From Eledone cirrhosa (taxonomy: Eukaryota), in the NCBI GenBank assembly GCA_964016885.1, contig OZ024758.1:1054001-1118000 (forward strand): a stretch of 64,000 nt of DNA. Direction: 5' to 3'. The translations under genes were made by a program, and so were the position numbers. Within the stretch, counting starts at the first letter, position 1. The number at the start of each line of letters is the position of its first letter. Below are positions 47,458 through 62,786 of the stretch, piece by piece. The notes beneath the pieces were generated by a model, which did not search any database, was not told the origin of the DNA, and saw only the letters and a program-made list of their open reading frames with translations.

Positions 47458-47560
47458 CATTATTTAACTGTTAATTGCTCATAAAAGTACATCACACTTA
47501 ATAATGTAGGTGTGCTGAACAAATTATTATTTCTCATATTAGAATTATCATAAAATACTG

Positions 47561-48096
47561 CACCAGTAATACACTGGGGTCGATTTAATCGACTTTCCTC
47601 TCTCCCCAAATTACTGGTCTTGTGTCTAAATTAGAAATCAGTATTATTTCTGATATTAAAATTATCCTAATGTTTATTTTTCCGATCTGAGTTCCAATGC
47701 CGGCAAGGTTAGCTTTGCCTTTCATCCTTACGGGGTAGATAAAATAAAGTACCAGTAATTCACTGGTGCGATTTAATCGACCCCCCCCCCCCCCCAATTA
47801 CTGGGGTTTGTGTCTGTACTAGAAATCATTATAATTATATATTTCATATCTAACTTCTCTACTCACCTCAACGGAGCCTGATCGACAGACCGCTGGGGAA
47901 AACTATATATATATAGTAATTGTTTCTACTTTTGGTACAAGGCCAGCAATTGCCCAGTGTATTACTGGTACTTTATTTTATCGACCCCGTAAGGATGAAA
48001 GGCAAAGTTAACCTCGGCGGGATTTGAACTCAGAATGGCAAGGGCCGTAACTCTATGCGTCAAAGCATGGCGTCCGACCCTCTACCCATACTGCCA
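47561..48096. mobile_element. tRNA-SINE family A cluster (plus fragments 47561-47645 and 47687-47832; full minus copy 47918-48096)
   Basis: Core and B-box matches. Confidence 0.85.
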
Positions 48097-48102
48097 ATAG
48101 TA

Positions 48103-48331
48103 ATAATAATAAATGTGAAGATTAAAGTCCAAAGAGGGCTCGATAAGGATAAATATATATCAAATATATAAGAACCGTAGAGCAAATATCGTCTTCATGT
48201 CTTCCTCCGGTTGCAACGTTTTTTGAAATATTCACTTCTGCGTTTACAGATTGACTTTGTCAGTTTCAGAAGATCCCGTTAAGGGTGAAAACAGCGATTC
48301 TTTGCTTAAACTTAATCTGTTATTTTAATAA

Positions 48332-48333
<2 letters not shown>
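48103..48333. mobile_element. Family F2 element (inverted tail joined to a longer arm)
   Basis: Reverse complement of the F2 tail, then about 75 bp of extra upstream sequence, then TTTCAGAAGATCCCGTTAAGGGTGAAA. Confidence 0.8.
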
Positions 48334-48394
<61 letters not shown>

Positions 48395-48699
48395 AATATA
48401 TATATATATGTATGTACGCACTTATGTATGTGAGTGTATGTATATATATATGTACGTATGTATATGTGAAGAACATGTGTGTAGTAAATTGAAACAGAAT
48501 AAAGTTTATAGAAAAAGAGAATGAATAAAGTGAAGAAAAGAAAAACGAGTGTAAGAGGAGATAGTGAGAAAGACGAAAAGAGAGAAAGAGAAAGAAAGAA
48601 AGATAGAAAGAGAAAGAAAGAGAGATAGAGAAAGTTAGAAATGTAACAACGAATAGTGGCTGTGTTGCAGGATGCGGGCTTGTCTATCATGCAGATGAC

Positions 48700-49790
48700 T
48701 TGTAAGTTGTCAACAATGTATATATTGTGTATGTTTGTATGGGAGCCTCAATACTTCAACCACACAAATACGTATACTAGACAATAAATTTAGTTATGTA
48801 TGACGTCTCTCCAACGTGACTATTTAACAAAGTTGATATTTACTGATATAAAAAGAGAGAAACAAGCTTTTTTTAAATGCAATTTTGGCAGTGCAGGCTT
48901 TTTAAGGTCTCAATGAGAAACTGCAGGCCCAATGTTAAGCACAAGCTTATGTAGGTGGCAGGAAGATGATTTGTGAGGCGTATTGTTCATGAGTAGACGG
49001 TGCGGGGTTATGCTTTTGTTTCCTGGAGATTTGCTGCGCCTTTGCATTAGAAGTTTTGAAAAGATTGCAGTCGTGCAATCTCTATAGTAACATATTATGT
49101 AGCCCTTCTCTCCCATAAAGCTTTGTGGAACATACATAGATTCATGAAGTGGTAACTATTTTTTGTATAAACTTTCTATGAGATTTACATGCACAGTAAC
49201 GTGACCTTTTATTTTCAAGTCTCTGTAAAGTGTATGGTTGATGATGCTTTGGTGTTGTTGCTTAGACCTAGTTCAGGCTTATGTTTCAAAGACGCTTTAG
49301 GCAAAACAACCCTCGTCCTTTTTTGTACTTTACCTATCAAGGACTACATTATTCAATGTATACTTCAATTTTGTAAGGAGTAATGTGGGAAGGTTCCTTC
49401 GCAGTGCTGAAAATAACACTTACCCAAGACAACATGCAATTAAATCCCACGCCTCGGTAAATGACCAGGAAGGAAGCACTCTGCCCTAACCAAGGTAGGT
49501 TTTTCCTTCTCAGTAGACACTAACAAGAACATATCAGAAGAGGCAGTAATATGCGTAAAGAAGAAATCAGAGCGATTGAGGAAGATTGTATATGTTAGAA
49601 ATAGCAATGAAGTCACTTTCAAACCACAGCTTTTACGATAAATGTCCGCCCTGAGGGTTAAACAACAAATTAATCTTTGAAACATCATTCTCATGTTTAA
49701 AAATTGCAGATCGAGAAAGGGTAATTCCTTGCTTACAGTATTGCATACAGTTGTCGCTGAAATTCTTTCCTTTGATATATAATAGATCAA
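48700..49790 (-). pseudogene. Decayed Penelope-like element ORF (RT C-terminus to GIY-YIG region)
   Basis: KELPFLDLQFL...ADIYRKS (about 49630-49730) matches the PLE LPFLD...YRK motif. Further along are weak LNIG (PYIG-like) and IV*YTYLCG*SI (GIY-YIG-like) remnants. Confidence 0.55.
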
Positions 49791-49840
49791 AGTTATATCA
49801 GTATGTCTCTATCATAGAATATATGAAATCATCTAATGAT

Positions 49841-49979
49841 GATTTCTATTATAGGCACAAGGCCAGAAATTTGAAGGGAGGGGAAAGTCGATTAAATCGA
49901 CCCCAGTGCATTACAGGTACTTTATTTTATCGACCCCGTATGGATGAAAGGCAAAGCTAACTTCATCAGGATTTGAACT
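49841..49979 (-). mobile_element. tRNA-SINE family A, partial (longer-tail variant)
   Basis: Core match, with an extra GGGAAAGTCGATTAAATCGACCCC segment as in the 25495 copy. Confidence 0.8.
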
Positions 49980-50956
49980 TTTTTATTTCTAATAATGGCG
50001 ACCTCTGCAATCTTTTGCAATTTAGTTAAAGCCAAATAAACTATATACACCTAGAATTGATGAACTTTGCAATTGGTAGAATACAGAGGCGGCCCAGGAG
50101 ATTCAAATCTCCGATGGCAATATGGCTACCTCGACTGATAGAATATAAACAACGATACCAACAAATAGAAAACGACATGAGCAACAAGAGAAACATCAAC
50201 AACAACAACCACAGAAACAACAGCAGCAACAACAACGATGACATTAACCAAAATGAAAGTCTCTACGCCACCGCTCTTCTTTGAAGATTGTAGGGTGTGA
50301 TTTGAGGATAGATTTGGGTGCTCTTCCTAGTATCTCGAGCAACAAGATAGAGTCTTCGCCTTTTGCTCGATAAAGGATGTGTTTGTGTTAAGCTGAATAT
50401 TTGGTTTTACTAACTGACACATATTTGCCAATTCACTTCTAGTTTAAGAACTAGTGAACAAACGACTACTGTGGTGCAATACTGTCATTCTATCTATTTA
50501 CCATTATATGAAGGTTGCAGGGAATAGCTGTGGGTTCCTGGCAATAGGTTCCCTCACTACATTCGACATTCCTCAGCTAAAATGTATGCAAGTAATGTCA
50601 GTTACGTATATAAGTACATAGGCGTGCATGTTTACATGCATCTATATATATATATAAATACCCCCCCCCCCCACACACACACATGTATGTATATATATAT
50701 AGTTGAAAAGCGAACAAAACGCACGCGGCAATTGTACACAGTTGTATATATATATATATATATAGACTCGCATCTGAGAGTTTATTTATTATAGATATAT
50801 ATTTAATAAACATACATGTACATTCTTCGACGCATAATATGTGTGACGGCCTCTTATCCACGTGCTTTTGACTTCGAAATACGCACGCGTGTGCAATATG
50901 ACACAACCACATAAATTCTTATAATATATACATATGTATTAATATGGCGAGAGGTG

Positions 50957-52228
<1,272 letters not shown>

Positions 52229-52653
52229 CTCTGGCGGCGATGAATTTGTTTTGCAAGGTTTTTGATATGACCCTTCTATATTAAACCATATATATATAAA
52301 GTATAACAATATATATATATATATATATATATACGTATGTAAATCGTTATGTGATCCGTTCAAGTTACAAAACATCGTTCATGGCTCACTATATGAGATG
52401 GGATATGATTGCGAGATAAGATGTGTAAAGTTTGGGGGTGAGAGTAGAAGGAGAAGAAAAAGGAAGGGGAGGAGGAGAAATATGAAGAGAGGGAGATAAG
52501 AAGATATGAATGCGAGAAAGTGAGAGAGAATTAATACAATAAAAATTGTGCGAGGAACATAATTGAATGATGTGGGGTTAGGAGTTGCCGGTAGATGGCA
52601 CTAGGGGAAAAAAAGACGGAAAACCTTTCATACACACGTACAAATATTTGAAC

Positions 52654-52695
<42 letters not shown>

Positions 52696-52878
52696 AATGA
52701 GTTGTATGGTTTGTTGATTATTCAACAAAGTTGATTTTATAACAGATTAGAAGCACTCTACAAATTTTCTGGAGTATCATTAATATTAAAAATATTAATA
52801 AATGGAAAATATTACATATATATATATAAACACACATACACAAACACCAACAAGCACACACATATTTCAATATATATA

Positions 52879-53005
<127 letters not shown>

Positions 53006-53107
53006 GGGTGCGAGAAATAGGTATATACAATGTGTAAACAAGCGATCAACAAAAATCTAAATATATGGATTTTCACACAGATATACACACACATAAATGG
53101 GAACAAT

Positions 53108-53150
<43 letters not shown>

Positions 53151-53793
53151 CAAGTATATAAATATATGTGTATATATATCTTCTTCCATACATACATAGA
53201 TACATACATGCACACAGACATAAATACATTAAAATGGCCTTGTTAGCTACAAAAAATATCTCTATTCATTTTAATATATTAAATGAAATGATGAATCTTA
53301 ATTTTATTCTTTATTTCATAAAGTTTCTATAATCTAATAATTTATCCTAGATTGTATGACCTAGCATTGATCTGGGACCCATATTGTTATATGTAAAAAT
53401 ATAATACTACCATCATGAACTTTCAGGTCTTGAATTATGTTCCCCCTCTTTTTCCAATCCCGTCCCCACCGCTTTTATACCCCACCCCCCTGCTTATTAA
53501 ATTTTACTAATCTATCTCCGGCTAAATTTTATTGTAAGTGATTCATATTGATACAGCAGCTGAAGAATTTAATAATTTTACTTTACATTATAAAAAAAAT
53601 TATATATGGCAAAAAAAAAAAGAACATTACAAGAAATCCCATATTTACGAACATACACTACAGAATTACCGCCCTCCCCCGTTTATTCCAAACCCCTTCG
53701 TATAAGAATTTAAGCAAATGTCCCCCCCCCACTGTTTATTCCAACCGCCGCTATTATTATAGAGAGTATAACAAAACTGAATGTAAGAGGAAA

Positions 53794-53974
53794 TCTTCAT
53801 TTAATATGGGTACAGCTCTTCATTTAATATGGGTACAGCTCTTCATTTAATATGGGTACAGCTCTTAATTTAATATGGGTACAGCTCTTCATTTAATATG
53901 GGTAAAGCTCTTCATTTAATATGGGTACAGCTCTTCATTTAATATGGGTAAAGCTCTTCATTTAATATGGGTAC
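53794..53974. repeat. 23-bp minisatellite TCTTCATTTAATATGGGTACAGC, about 8 copies
   Basis: Near-identical tandem units without spacers. Confidence 0.95.
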
Positions 53975-54886
53975 TAGATATTTCATTGGTGTACACACGT
54001 ACACAAACACCCATACCCCCCTTCACACACACATACTCATATAAACGCAGACGTATATATAGGAATACACACACATATATATTACACACTAGTGCACACC
54101 ATATCTATTATAAAATAAGATTGTGCTTTTGTAATTCAATATTTTATTTAATCGTAACTGGCCCTCTGGGTAAATTCCATCGCTGAGATCCTCGTTATTT
54201 ATCGTTGGTTGCTGCGTCCTCATACACGTTTGAGAGCATCATCTGATTAAAAATGCTTGGATATTGAAGTTAGGAATGCGTGTGTGTCATGTCTAAATCT
54301 AATTGAGGACGTACACAGAGATAAATATTTAGATAAACGCAAATACCAAGACCCATATATATATATTCCTAATGATTTCATACGAATGAAACAGTTCTCG
54401 TCCTCCAGAAGTCATTTCTATATATAATAAAGTTGTCTAAAGTGAATCAACGTATTGAATACTTTTTAAAACTGTGGTTACCCCACGACACCACTTGAAA
54501 ATCTACATCCTATATATACATATTGGTGTTTCTGAAGTTGACGGTCGATCGAACAGGAATTTCGAGACTAAAAATAGGTAGTAACGTAACCACTACCATG
54601 ATAGTCCATACATCGATTTCCCACGATCACTCGACCCTCTGAAACGATCGTAAAGCAATAAACTAATAAACTATCTACCTCTGATTTTTGTCTTGTTTTC
54701 ATTGTTCTATAAACAAACAAATATATATATGTTTCTGTAACCTGGGCGGATCGTTTTCGAGGCAACATTTTGCGGTGGTCACCTACTACCAAAACTACTG
54801 GCCAAACCACCTAATCTCGCTGTAAACGCCTTACCAAGGACACATTAATATCTAACAACGTTTTCAAACTCAACCCAAGCAGGTGG

Positions 54887-54941
<55 letters not shown>

Positions 54942-54966
54942 TGTTCATGTCCATGTAGCTATAAGT

Positions 54967-55248
54967 GGAGGCACGTGGCCTAGTGTTAAGGGTAATGGAC
55001 TTACGAGCATAACGTTGCGAGTTTGATTCCTGGGTTGCGTGTTGTGTTCTTGAGCAAAACACTTCATTTAACCTTGCTCCATTATACTCAACTGACAATG
55101 AGTACCAGCAATCTGTAGGTTTTTAACCCTGCGATGGACAGGCGTCCTGTCCAGCGAGAAGTCTTGTACTCTCAGTCACTTCACGCCATGAAACCAGGAT
55201 AAGCACCTACCGAATGAGTCTTCTGGCTTAAGACAGACGTTAGACTTA
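54967..55248 (+). mobile_element. tRNA-SINE family B (CORE + V-domain-like), full length
   Basis: A-box TGGCCTAGTG, B-box GAGTTTGATTCC, TGTGTTCTTGAGCAAAACACTT, and AACCCTGCGATGGACAGGCGTCCTGTCCAG. Confidence 0.82.
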
Positions 55249-56106
55249 TATATATATATATATATATATGCATGTATGAATGTATTTATGAATATATGCA
55301 GGTATATATATGTATGTTTGTATATATATATACATGAACAACACAATATATAACTACTCCATTACCAAAGGTTTCAGGACCCCCTGGACAATATTAACAT
55401 ACGCCTAGTTCGCTCATCAGCTGTTCACTTTCTAATTAAATAGCTCTGATTTATACATAGAGCACTCTTTTTTCCTTTGCTTTTTCTTCAGAAATACTTA
55501 ACACACACATACATATATATATATACACCTTCTCACACACATATTGAATTACAAATTAATTAGCAAACGCCTTGTACAAGAATCACGTCCATGGGCAAGT
55601 ATTGTTTCCGTTTATTAAAGTCAATTGTGACAACACCTTAGTATATGCGGTTATTAATTTCACACACGGCATTGTTCTTCACATATGTACGTTATCAGTA
55701 TCAAAACCAACATGTAATCAAACTCATGTGCTGAGATTTATCGAACAGGTCACCGGTGTGAGAATATGGCAGTGAACAATGATAACATTAACAACAACAA
55801 TACAACAATATGTATAGTTCTAATATTAGAAGCAGAAGTGACTGAGCAGGAGATATTACAAGGACATCTTGCAAAAGTAAGAAGGGTTTTATTTTTGTTG
55901 TTCTTTTTTTTCTTTTTTTTTTTGCTATTGGTCAAGGAAGAACGTAATAATGTGATGACGATGATGATGGTGGTGAAGGATCAGGAAGAAGAAGAAGAAG
56001 AAGAAGAAGAAAAAACGCATATATAAAAAAATGTATATATAAATATATGCTTATATAAGTGTTGTATAAATATATATATATATATAATAAACGAATATGG
56101 CCTCAG

Positions 56107-56181
<75 letters not shown>

Positions 56182-56434
56182 AGATTGATAATTTTTATGT
56201 ATAGTGATCGACTGCTGTTACTAATATTTTCTGCATTTGGGATTCCCACATTTTCAAACTTCAAATCACGCAACGCTACAATAATATATATATATATATA
56301 CACATTCACACACACACACACACGCACATAATATATATATGTTTGTTTGTGTGTGTGTATGTGCGTGTTCGCGTATACACGTGTAATTGGCGGTTAGAAT
56401 TAAAATCTAAATCTCTAACCAACATTTATATATA

Positions 56435-56489
<55 letters not shown>

Positions 56490-56493
56490 GCAT

Positions 56494-56577
<84 letters not shown>

Positions 56578-56859
56578 ATACATATATACCTACATTCCCG
56601 CAGATGTAGACACACCAAGCAGGAATATATAATCAGGTGTAAATACACAAATACACACACATTGATCAATACACAAATACACAATAGTTCTCTTTTGATT
56701 CCCTTCAATATCTCTATATCACCCTCGTCTTCTTTCATTCCCCACCATGTCGACTTCCTTCACACATATTTATATTCAATATTTTGTATATCGAGACGGC
56801 TGTCCACCTGCATAATCACACACACACCACATTCTATGATAACACACGTAACAGATGGA

Positions 56860-56937
<78 letters not shown>

Positions 56938-56939
<2 letters not shown>

Positions 56940-57179
56940 AGATAAATCTACCAAAATATACGGTAGTGTCCAATCCGTATGAAGAACTCAATGTAATCCA
57001 AATATCATGAAGAGAGAAGATGCATTCAAAAATGTTCGATGAAAATCATAGGAAAACAGAGTCAAGATAAATTAATAAAAACAATGAATAAAAACAAAGA
57101 ACAGTTCCTTATATTAAAAATCTCATTTTTTAATATAAGGAACTTGTTCTTTGTTTTTATTCATTGTTTCTATTAATTT
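56938..57179 (-). mobile_element. Hairpin+tail element family F8
   Basis: Arms of about 52 bp at the right end and the tail at the left; homologous to 46018. Confidence 0.78.
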
Positions 57180-57249
57180 ATATATATATATATATATATA
57201 TATAAGCGAACCTAATACCTAACACTTTCCGTAACTGTACTCCTTGTTG

Positions 57250-58930
57250 TTGCTATTTGCTTTTCCAATATATATAAGTTTAAGTTATTATAATTTGGAT
57301 GCGAATTCGTTTAATCCATTGCAAGCTGCTGTTGATTTTGTTTATTAATACAAACCTATTTATATAAAATGACGAATCTTTGTTTTTGTCAACTCCCAGC
57401 TCCCACACTAATTTAATCCATAGATTTTAAGCCTTCCATGTACAGAGTAATCTTGGTGTTGTGAGCTAGTGTTAGCGGGTTGATAGCGGAAATCTTGAAA
57501 TTTTACATTAAACTCTATTTCGTTGCCCCTGATCCATTTGTCCATAGAATCCAAATATTATAGGAGAGTAGCATTAGACAGATTCTTGATTGCCTGAGTT
57601 ACTTTCGTGTCGTCGGTATAGCTACAGTGAGAGTGACTACTTATAGTAGCGAGGGTGTATCTGAGAGAAATACCACCACAAACAGCGATATCCCCAAGAC
57701 AGTTCCTCGAGAACACCACTCGTTATTAAAATTTCCTTTGAAAGGGCAGCATTGGCTGAGAAAGACAGTTTCTCCCCGAGCGAAAGATCTGCTAGGTTTC
57801 AGCAAATAACGTGATCCGTCTACTTCTGACAAGTCTCTGCGCGAGTTTGCTGATATGTGTGGTCAGTAAGACATGTCTTTTAACAAGTCTTATGCCTTCA
57901 TTTAGCACTCCTGGTAATTTACCACTTGGGAGGAAAGTTTGGAAGAAAATGTGTTGTTGTTTTGCTCAGGTTGTTTCCATATTTGTAGGAGGATTACAGG
58001 AATATGATCTGTTAATCGAATTTGGTCTAATTCACGTACGGCTGATATTACATCTTTCTCCTTCATAAATATGTAATTAATGGCTGTAATTTGTATGTAA
58101 AACTGTGAGGTCCAGGAAATCATAAGGTTTATATATGTGTATGTGTCTAACAGAGAAGAGGAAGCAATCTTGTATTGCTCTTTTAGCAGCTCACTTATCC
58201 TTTGAGAACTGCAGTCAGTTAGCAATTTTCTGGGAACAGTGACCCTATTTTGAAGGATACCGAAGTAGATAATTCTGCAAATTTAAATAAAGCTTTAGGG
58301 TTTGTTTTCAAAATTCTAGTCCTGACTTCTCTTTCTGCACTATACCTTTCATGTGAGTGTTTGTGTAGAGTTTTAATTTCCAATAGTGTCTACTGGATTT
58401 CTTAACCACCATTTAATTGTAAATTTAAACAATTTGAGATCGGTCTTGGTCCCATTATTCTGTCTCTGAGAATTATAATTTTGTGTTTGTTGACCTTTCT
58501 TTCTGTAGGAAATCCAATGCATATGATTTATATGTGTAAGCTTCATGTCGATGTCCTGCATAGACCGACAGGCCGATAAGTTTTGTTTTAGGTTCACTTT
58601 CAGAAACTATTTCCAGTTAGATTGTAATAGTTTTGGTTGGTTAGAATTCGGGTGATTCCTGTAAGTTAAGTATCTACAGTCTTCCTCGAACTATATGTTA
58701 TAGGTTCTAGTATATTTTGGTCCGAGACAACTGTCGGTGTCAAATTTAAATTCTGGATGAGTTACGCATTATTTGTGAATAAAAGATCTAAGGTATTTTT
58801 GTCTCTTATTGGGTGTAATACCACTTTTCCATGAACAGACTGTTTGTAAGATAAAGCAAGGATTCTGCCTGTCTTTCTTTTCTATCATTCCTGGGAGAAG
58901 GTGGGCCAATAAATTTGGAGAGGTGGTCGA
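57250..58930 (-). pseudogene. Decayed CR1/L2-like LINE ORF2 (APE C-terminus to RT)
   Basis: Broken translation includes PIRDKNTLDLLFTNN, SDQNIL, SGKLPG, RGTVLGISLF and SYTDDTKV (57602-57619, YADD equivalent), then KWIRGNEIEFN. Confidence 0.8.
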
Positions 58931-59018
58931 TGTTTAATACATATTATAATTAGTGTTCCTCACTGAGTTGCAGTGTGGCTTCTTCACAAACCTATATTAC
59001 GTATAATAATACATATGA

Positions 59019-59071
<53 letters not shown>

Positions 59072-59617
59072 GATAAACTAATATGTATCTTCATTGCACT
59101 GTGTTGTTTCCGTTTTGCATATATATATATATATTGATTTCGTAAACGTACGTTTTTACAGGGAATTTTAACATTGTATCCACAAATAGCTGCTGAAATC
59201 TACATGTTTTTAAGAGTAACAATAATATAAACAACAATCATAATTCTCAATCGATTAATCATAATATAAAGAAAATATATAGACACATATATATTTCTAT
59301 ATATCCTCACTTCTTGTAGATAGCTACACACACGTACATAGTGACAGAGAGTATAGCTCCAAATATATATTTGAAAGATAAAAAAAACTGTACAGAAACA
59401 GATGTAAATATATATCTATTAATAGTTATATTTACAAAACCTCACACCCATGCAGATATACACGTATATGCAATTGAATATGTGAATATATATATATATA
59501 TGCGAATCCAGAGTCAGGTTCGATCCACAAACAGATCGCACCTCAAGCTGTTCGCCGGAGAAACCATTGTAATACGTAATAAAATGTGTTCTGATGCACC
59601 ACTGATTCTTCGTTTTC

Positions 59618-59916
<299 letters not shown>

Positions 59917-59927
59917 ATATATATATA

Positions 59928-59971
<44 letters not shown>

Positions 59972-60164
59972 GTACATATATACATATGTAATTTATCTAG
60001 AAACATTTATATATGTACATATAAAGAGTAAAGGCCACCATTGCACACAACTGAAGATGGCATTGGGACCTAGAAATTTTTCTCCCTAGAAGTTCGGACA
60101 ATGTTTTATTATCAGTCATTTCACATCAACAATGTTGTCCAAGGGAAAGGCAAAGACCGATGCA

Positions 60165-60326
60165 ACTTGGTACCAGTGATGTCGCATCTCATTTCTATAA
60201 TTGTGTGAACTGGAGGAACGTGAAATAAAATATCTTGCTCAAGAAAAAGCTCATCGCCCAGTCCAGGAATTAAATTCACAGTCTCCCAATTGTGAATCCG
60301 ACGCTTTAACCACTGAGCAACGCGTT
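60165..60326 (-). mobile_element. CORE-type tRNA-SINE, diverged
   Basis: Reverse-strand TCTTGCTCAAG core and TTTAACCACTGAGCAACGCG head. A similar relic lies at about 26030-26160. Confidence 0.6.
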
Positions 60327-60754
60327 TTTATATATATTTATTTGTTTAACGCTGTACGGTAATTATTCCGTAATTGTGCTAACACAAGTCTGATAAGCTT
60401 TCGACACTATAGTCGGGACCGATCGATAGACATCGAACATTGAGATGATTAATCGCGAAACGGGCGTCACACCTGAATAAACGAAATCAAAATTTGACAT
60501 CTCACCCATGCTTATTATATATATATATAAACCTTTAAAACGGAATGAGACAGTTCTACACCAGGAGAATCGTTATATATATATAATGGATTATTCTTGT
60601 TAGTTTTATGAATCAGTCGTAAATCAATTGAATGATTTAATTAAAATACTTTTTAATCATTATTTTTATATGTATATATATATGCATGTATGTATGTATG
60701 TATATATTGACAAAGAACAAAACAAAAACAAGGAGTGCAGTTACGAACAATGTT

Positions 60755-60789
<35 letters not shown>

Positions 60790-60792
<3 letters not shown>

Positions 60793-60976
60793 TGAGATTC
60801 TACAGGACTAGAACTGTTTCATTCTTTAGAAATCATCAGAGATTCCTGATGATTTCTAAAGAATGAAACAGTTCTAGTCTTGTAGAATCTCATCTATATT
60901 AAAACTTTTATACTCTGCAATGTATTGAGTACCTTACTTACTGTGGTTACCTCCGACTCAACCCAGAATAACGTAC
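60790..60976 (+). mobile_element. Hairpin+tail element family F3
   Basis: Arms of about 50 bp (60790-60839 / 60846-60895), a 6-nt loop, a tail of about 80 bp, and (TA)n flanks. Confidence 0.85.
60839..60891 (+). ncRNA. Putative minimal type I hammerhead ribozyme (mirror copy on the minus strand, 60794-60839)
   Basis: CTGATGA (60846-52), T-TTCT-AA-AGAA-T, GAAA (60865-68), C-AGTTCTA, then GTC (60877-79). The core is intact but the stems are short. Confidence 0.6.
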
Positions 60977-60994
60977 TATATATATATATATATG

Positions 60995-61288
60995 TATTCA
61001 AAATATTAATAAATGAGAAATACTTTCACATAACCAAAGTATATATTTTATTATATATATTTCAAGGGCACAGTAGTTTTTGAGTAGACTATCATCAGAT
61101 AAAACACAAGAAATTGGTTATTCGATATACCGCTATGGTCTTGATCCTTCAATCCCTATAGTGAAAGTATTTCTCATTTATTAATATTTTGAATATTAAG
61201 GATACTCCAGATAAACTTGTCGAGTGCTTCTAATCTGTTGTAAAAATGATTTTGTTTTTTATAATCAACAAAGCATATAAACTTTTGG

Positions 61289-61290
<2 letters not shown>
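60995..61290. mobile_element. Family F5 element with a 35-bp IR and a minus-strand CTGATGA...GAAA-TATATATA motif
   Basis: IR 60995-61029 / 61161-61195; tcatcag at 61092-61098 and tttc at 61060-61063; tail to 61290. Confidence 0.75.
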
Positions 61291-61349
<59 letters not shown>

Positions 61350-61777
61350 TACATACATATATACATATATACATACATATAATATTTATATATATACAGG
61401 GTGATGGTTATACTTATTGATTGCTTAATTAAATCAAGTGTCATTATATGTATATGTAAATATCTGTGGTATAAACACGGAGGCCAATAGTAGAACGATG
61501 TGTTACAGGGTTTGATGACCAATTGATCCATCAATACAATAATAGGGTTGTAAGTGGATTGATCAGTGACAAGGTGAGGTTAGAGAGTGGCGGGGGTTGA
61601 CAGTGAGGGGAATAGGTTGAGTGTGAGAGAGAAGGGGGAGGAGACGTATATTTCTGTATTTCTGTGTGAGTTTGCGTGTGAATATATATATATATGTATG
61701 TATATGTATGCGTTTGTGTGTATACTTATAGTAATAATAATTATGCAGACCAAAATCCGAAGAGGACTCGATAAAGA

Positions 61778-61810
<33 letters not shown>

Positions 61811-61926
61811 TAAACAAATAATGAATAAAACAATGAAACAGTTCCTTATATTAAACAAAAAAAGTTCATTATTTAACGATCGTTTCTGGGATATATATGT
61901 GTTAGAATATATATATATATGTGTTA

Positions 61927-62014
<88 letters not shown>

Positions 62015-62100
62015 CCATAATTCCCGTAGACCAAATATTTATTATTAGTACAAAATTTTAATTCAATATATATTCAATTTATATAATATATATAAATATG

Positions 62101-62148
<48 letters not shown>

Positions 62149-62149
<1 letters not shown>

Positions 62150-62292
62150 CAGAATGGAAGTGGTAGAAACCAGTTAGACCATTAATCACCAGAGTACACG
62201 ATATTTGGGGTAGTAGAGTGAGTAATACGAAAACTTCGGGACCCCGACGGTTAAGTTTCAACAGCTAGCTCACCCGTCGGGGTCCCGAATTA

Positions 62293-62298
<6 letters not shown>
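62149..62298 (-). mobile_element. F1-related subfamily element
   Basis: ACCAGAGTAC...GGGTAGTAGAGTG is the reverse F1 tail, with hairpin TTCGGGACCCCGACGG...CCGTCGGGGTCCCGAA. A relative lies at 41278-41440. Confidence 0.75.
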
Positions 62299-62357
<59 letters not shown>

Positions 62358-62361
<4 letters not shown>

Positions 62362-62450
62362 GTTTCTACTTTTGGCACAAGGCCAGCAATAACCCAGTAC
62401 ATTACTGGTACTTTATTTTATCGACCCCGTAAGGATGAAAGACAAAGTTA
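62358..62450 (-). mobile_element. tRNA-SINE family A, 5'-truncated
   Basis: Core and tail match. Confidence 0.8.
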
Positions 62451-62702
62451 TAACGAAGTGAGGACAAGACAACGAACGGATACAAGGCAAAACGGAAGAA
62501 TTATTTCAGGGGAAACCTTAAAATGTTATTTGTTAAAATAAAAATACAAATGAAGGGCACAGAATTGGCCCACCAGGGGTCGCAGCTTCTGACACAATCC
62601 AAACGCTGTCCAGTGGGCGAGATAGATTAATTTATAGCAATTAAGCTTCAATAAGTTAAAAGAATTTTATATATATACATACTATATATATATATATGTA
62701 TA

Positions 62703-62784
<82 letters not shown>

Positions 62785-62786
<2 letters not shown>

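Noticed and set aside
53418-53768. DNA-transposon MITE with C-rich subterminal repeats
   Set aside because: The termini are too degraded to define TIRs or a TSD.
53794-53974. CRISPR-like 23-bp repeats (also 1192-1500)
   Set aside because: There are no unique spacers and no cas genes, and the context is eukaryotic; these are minisatellites.
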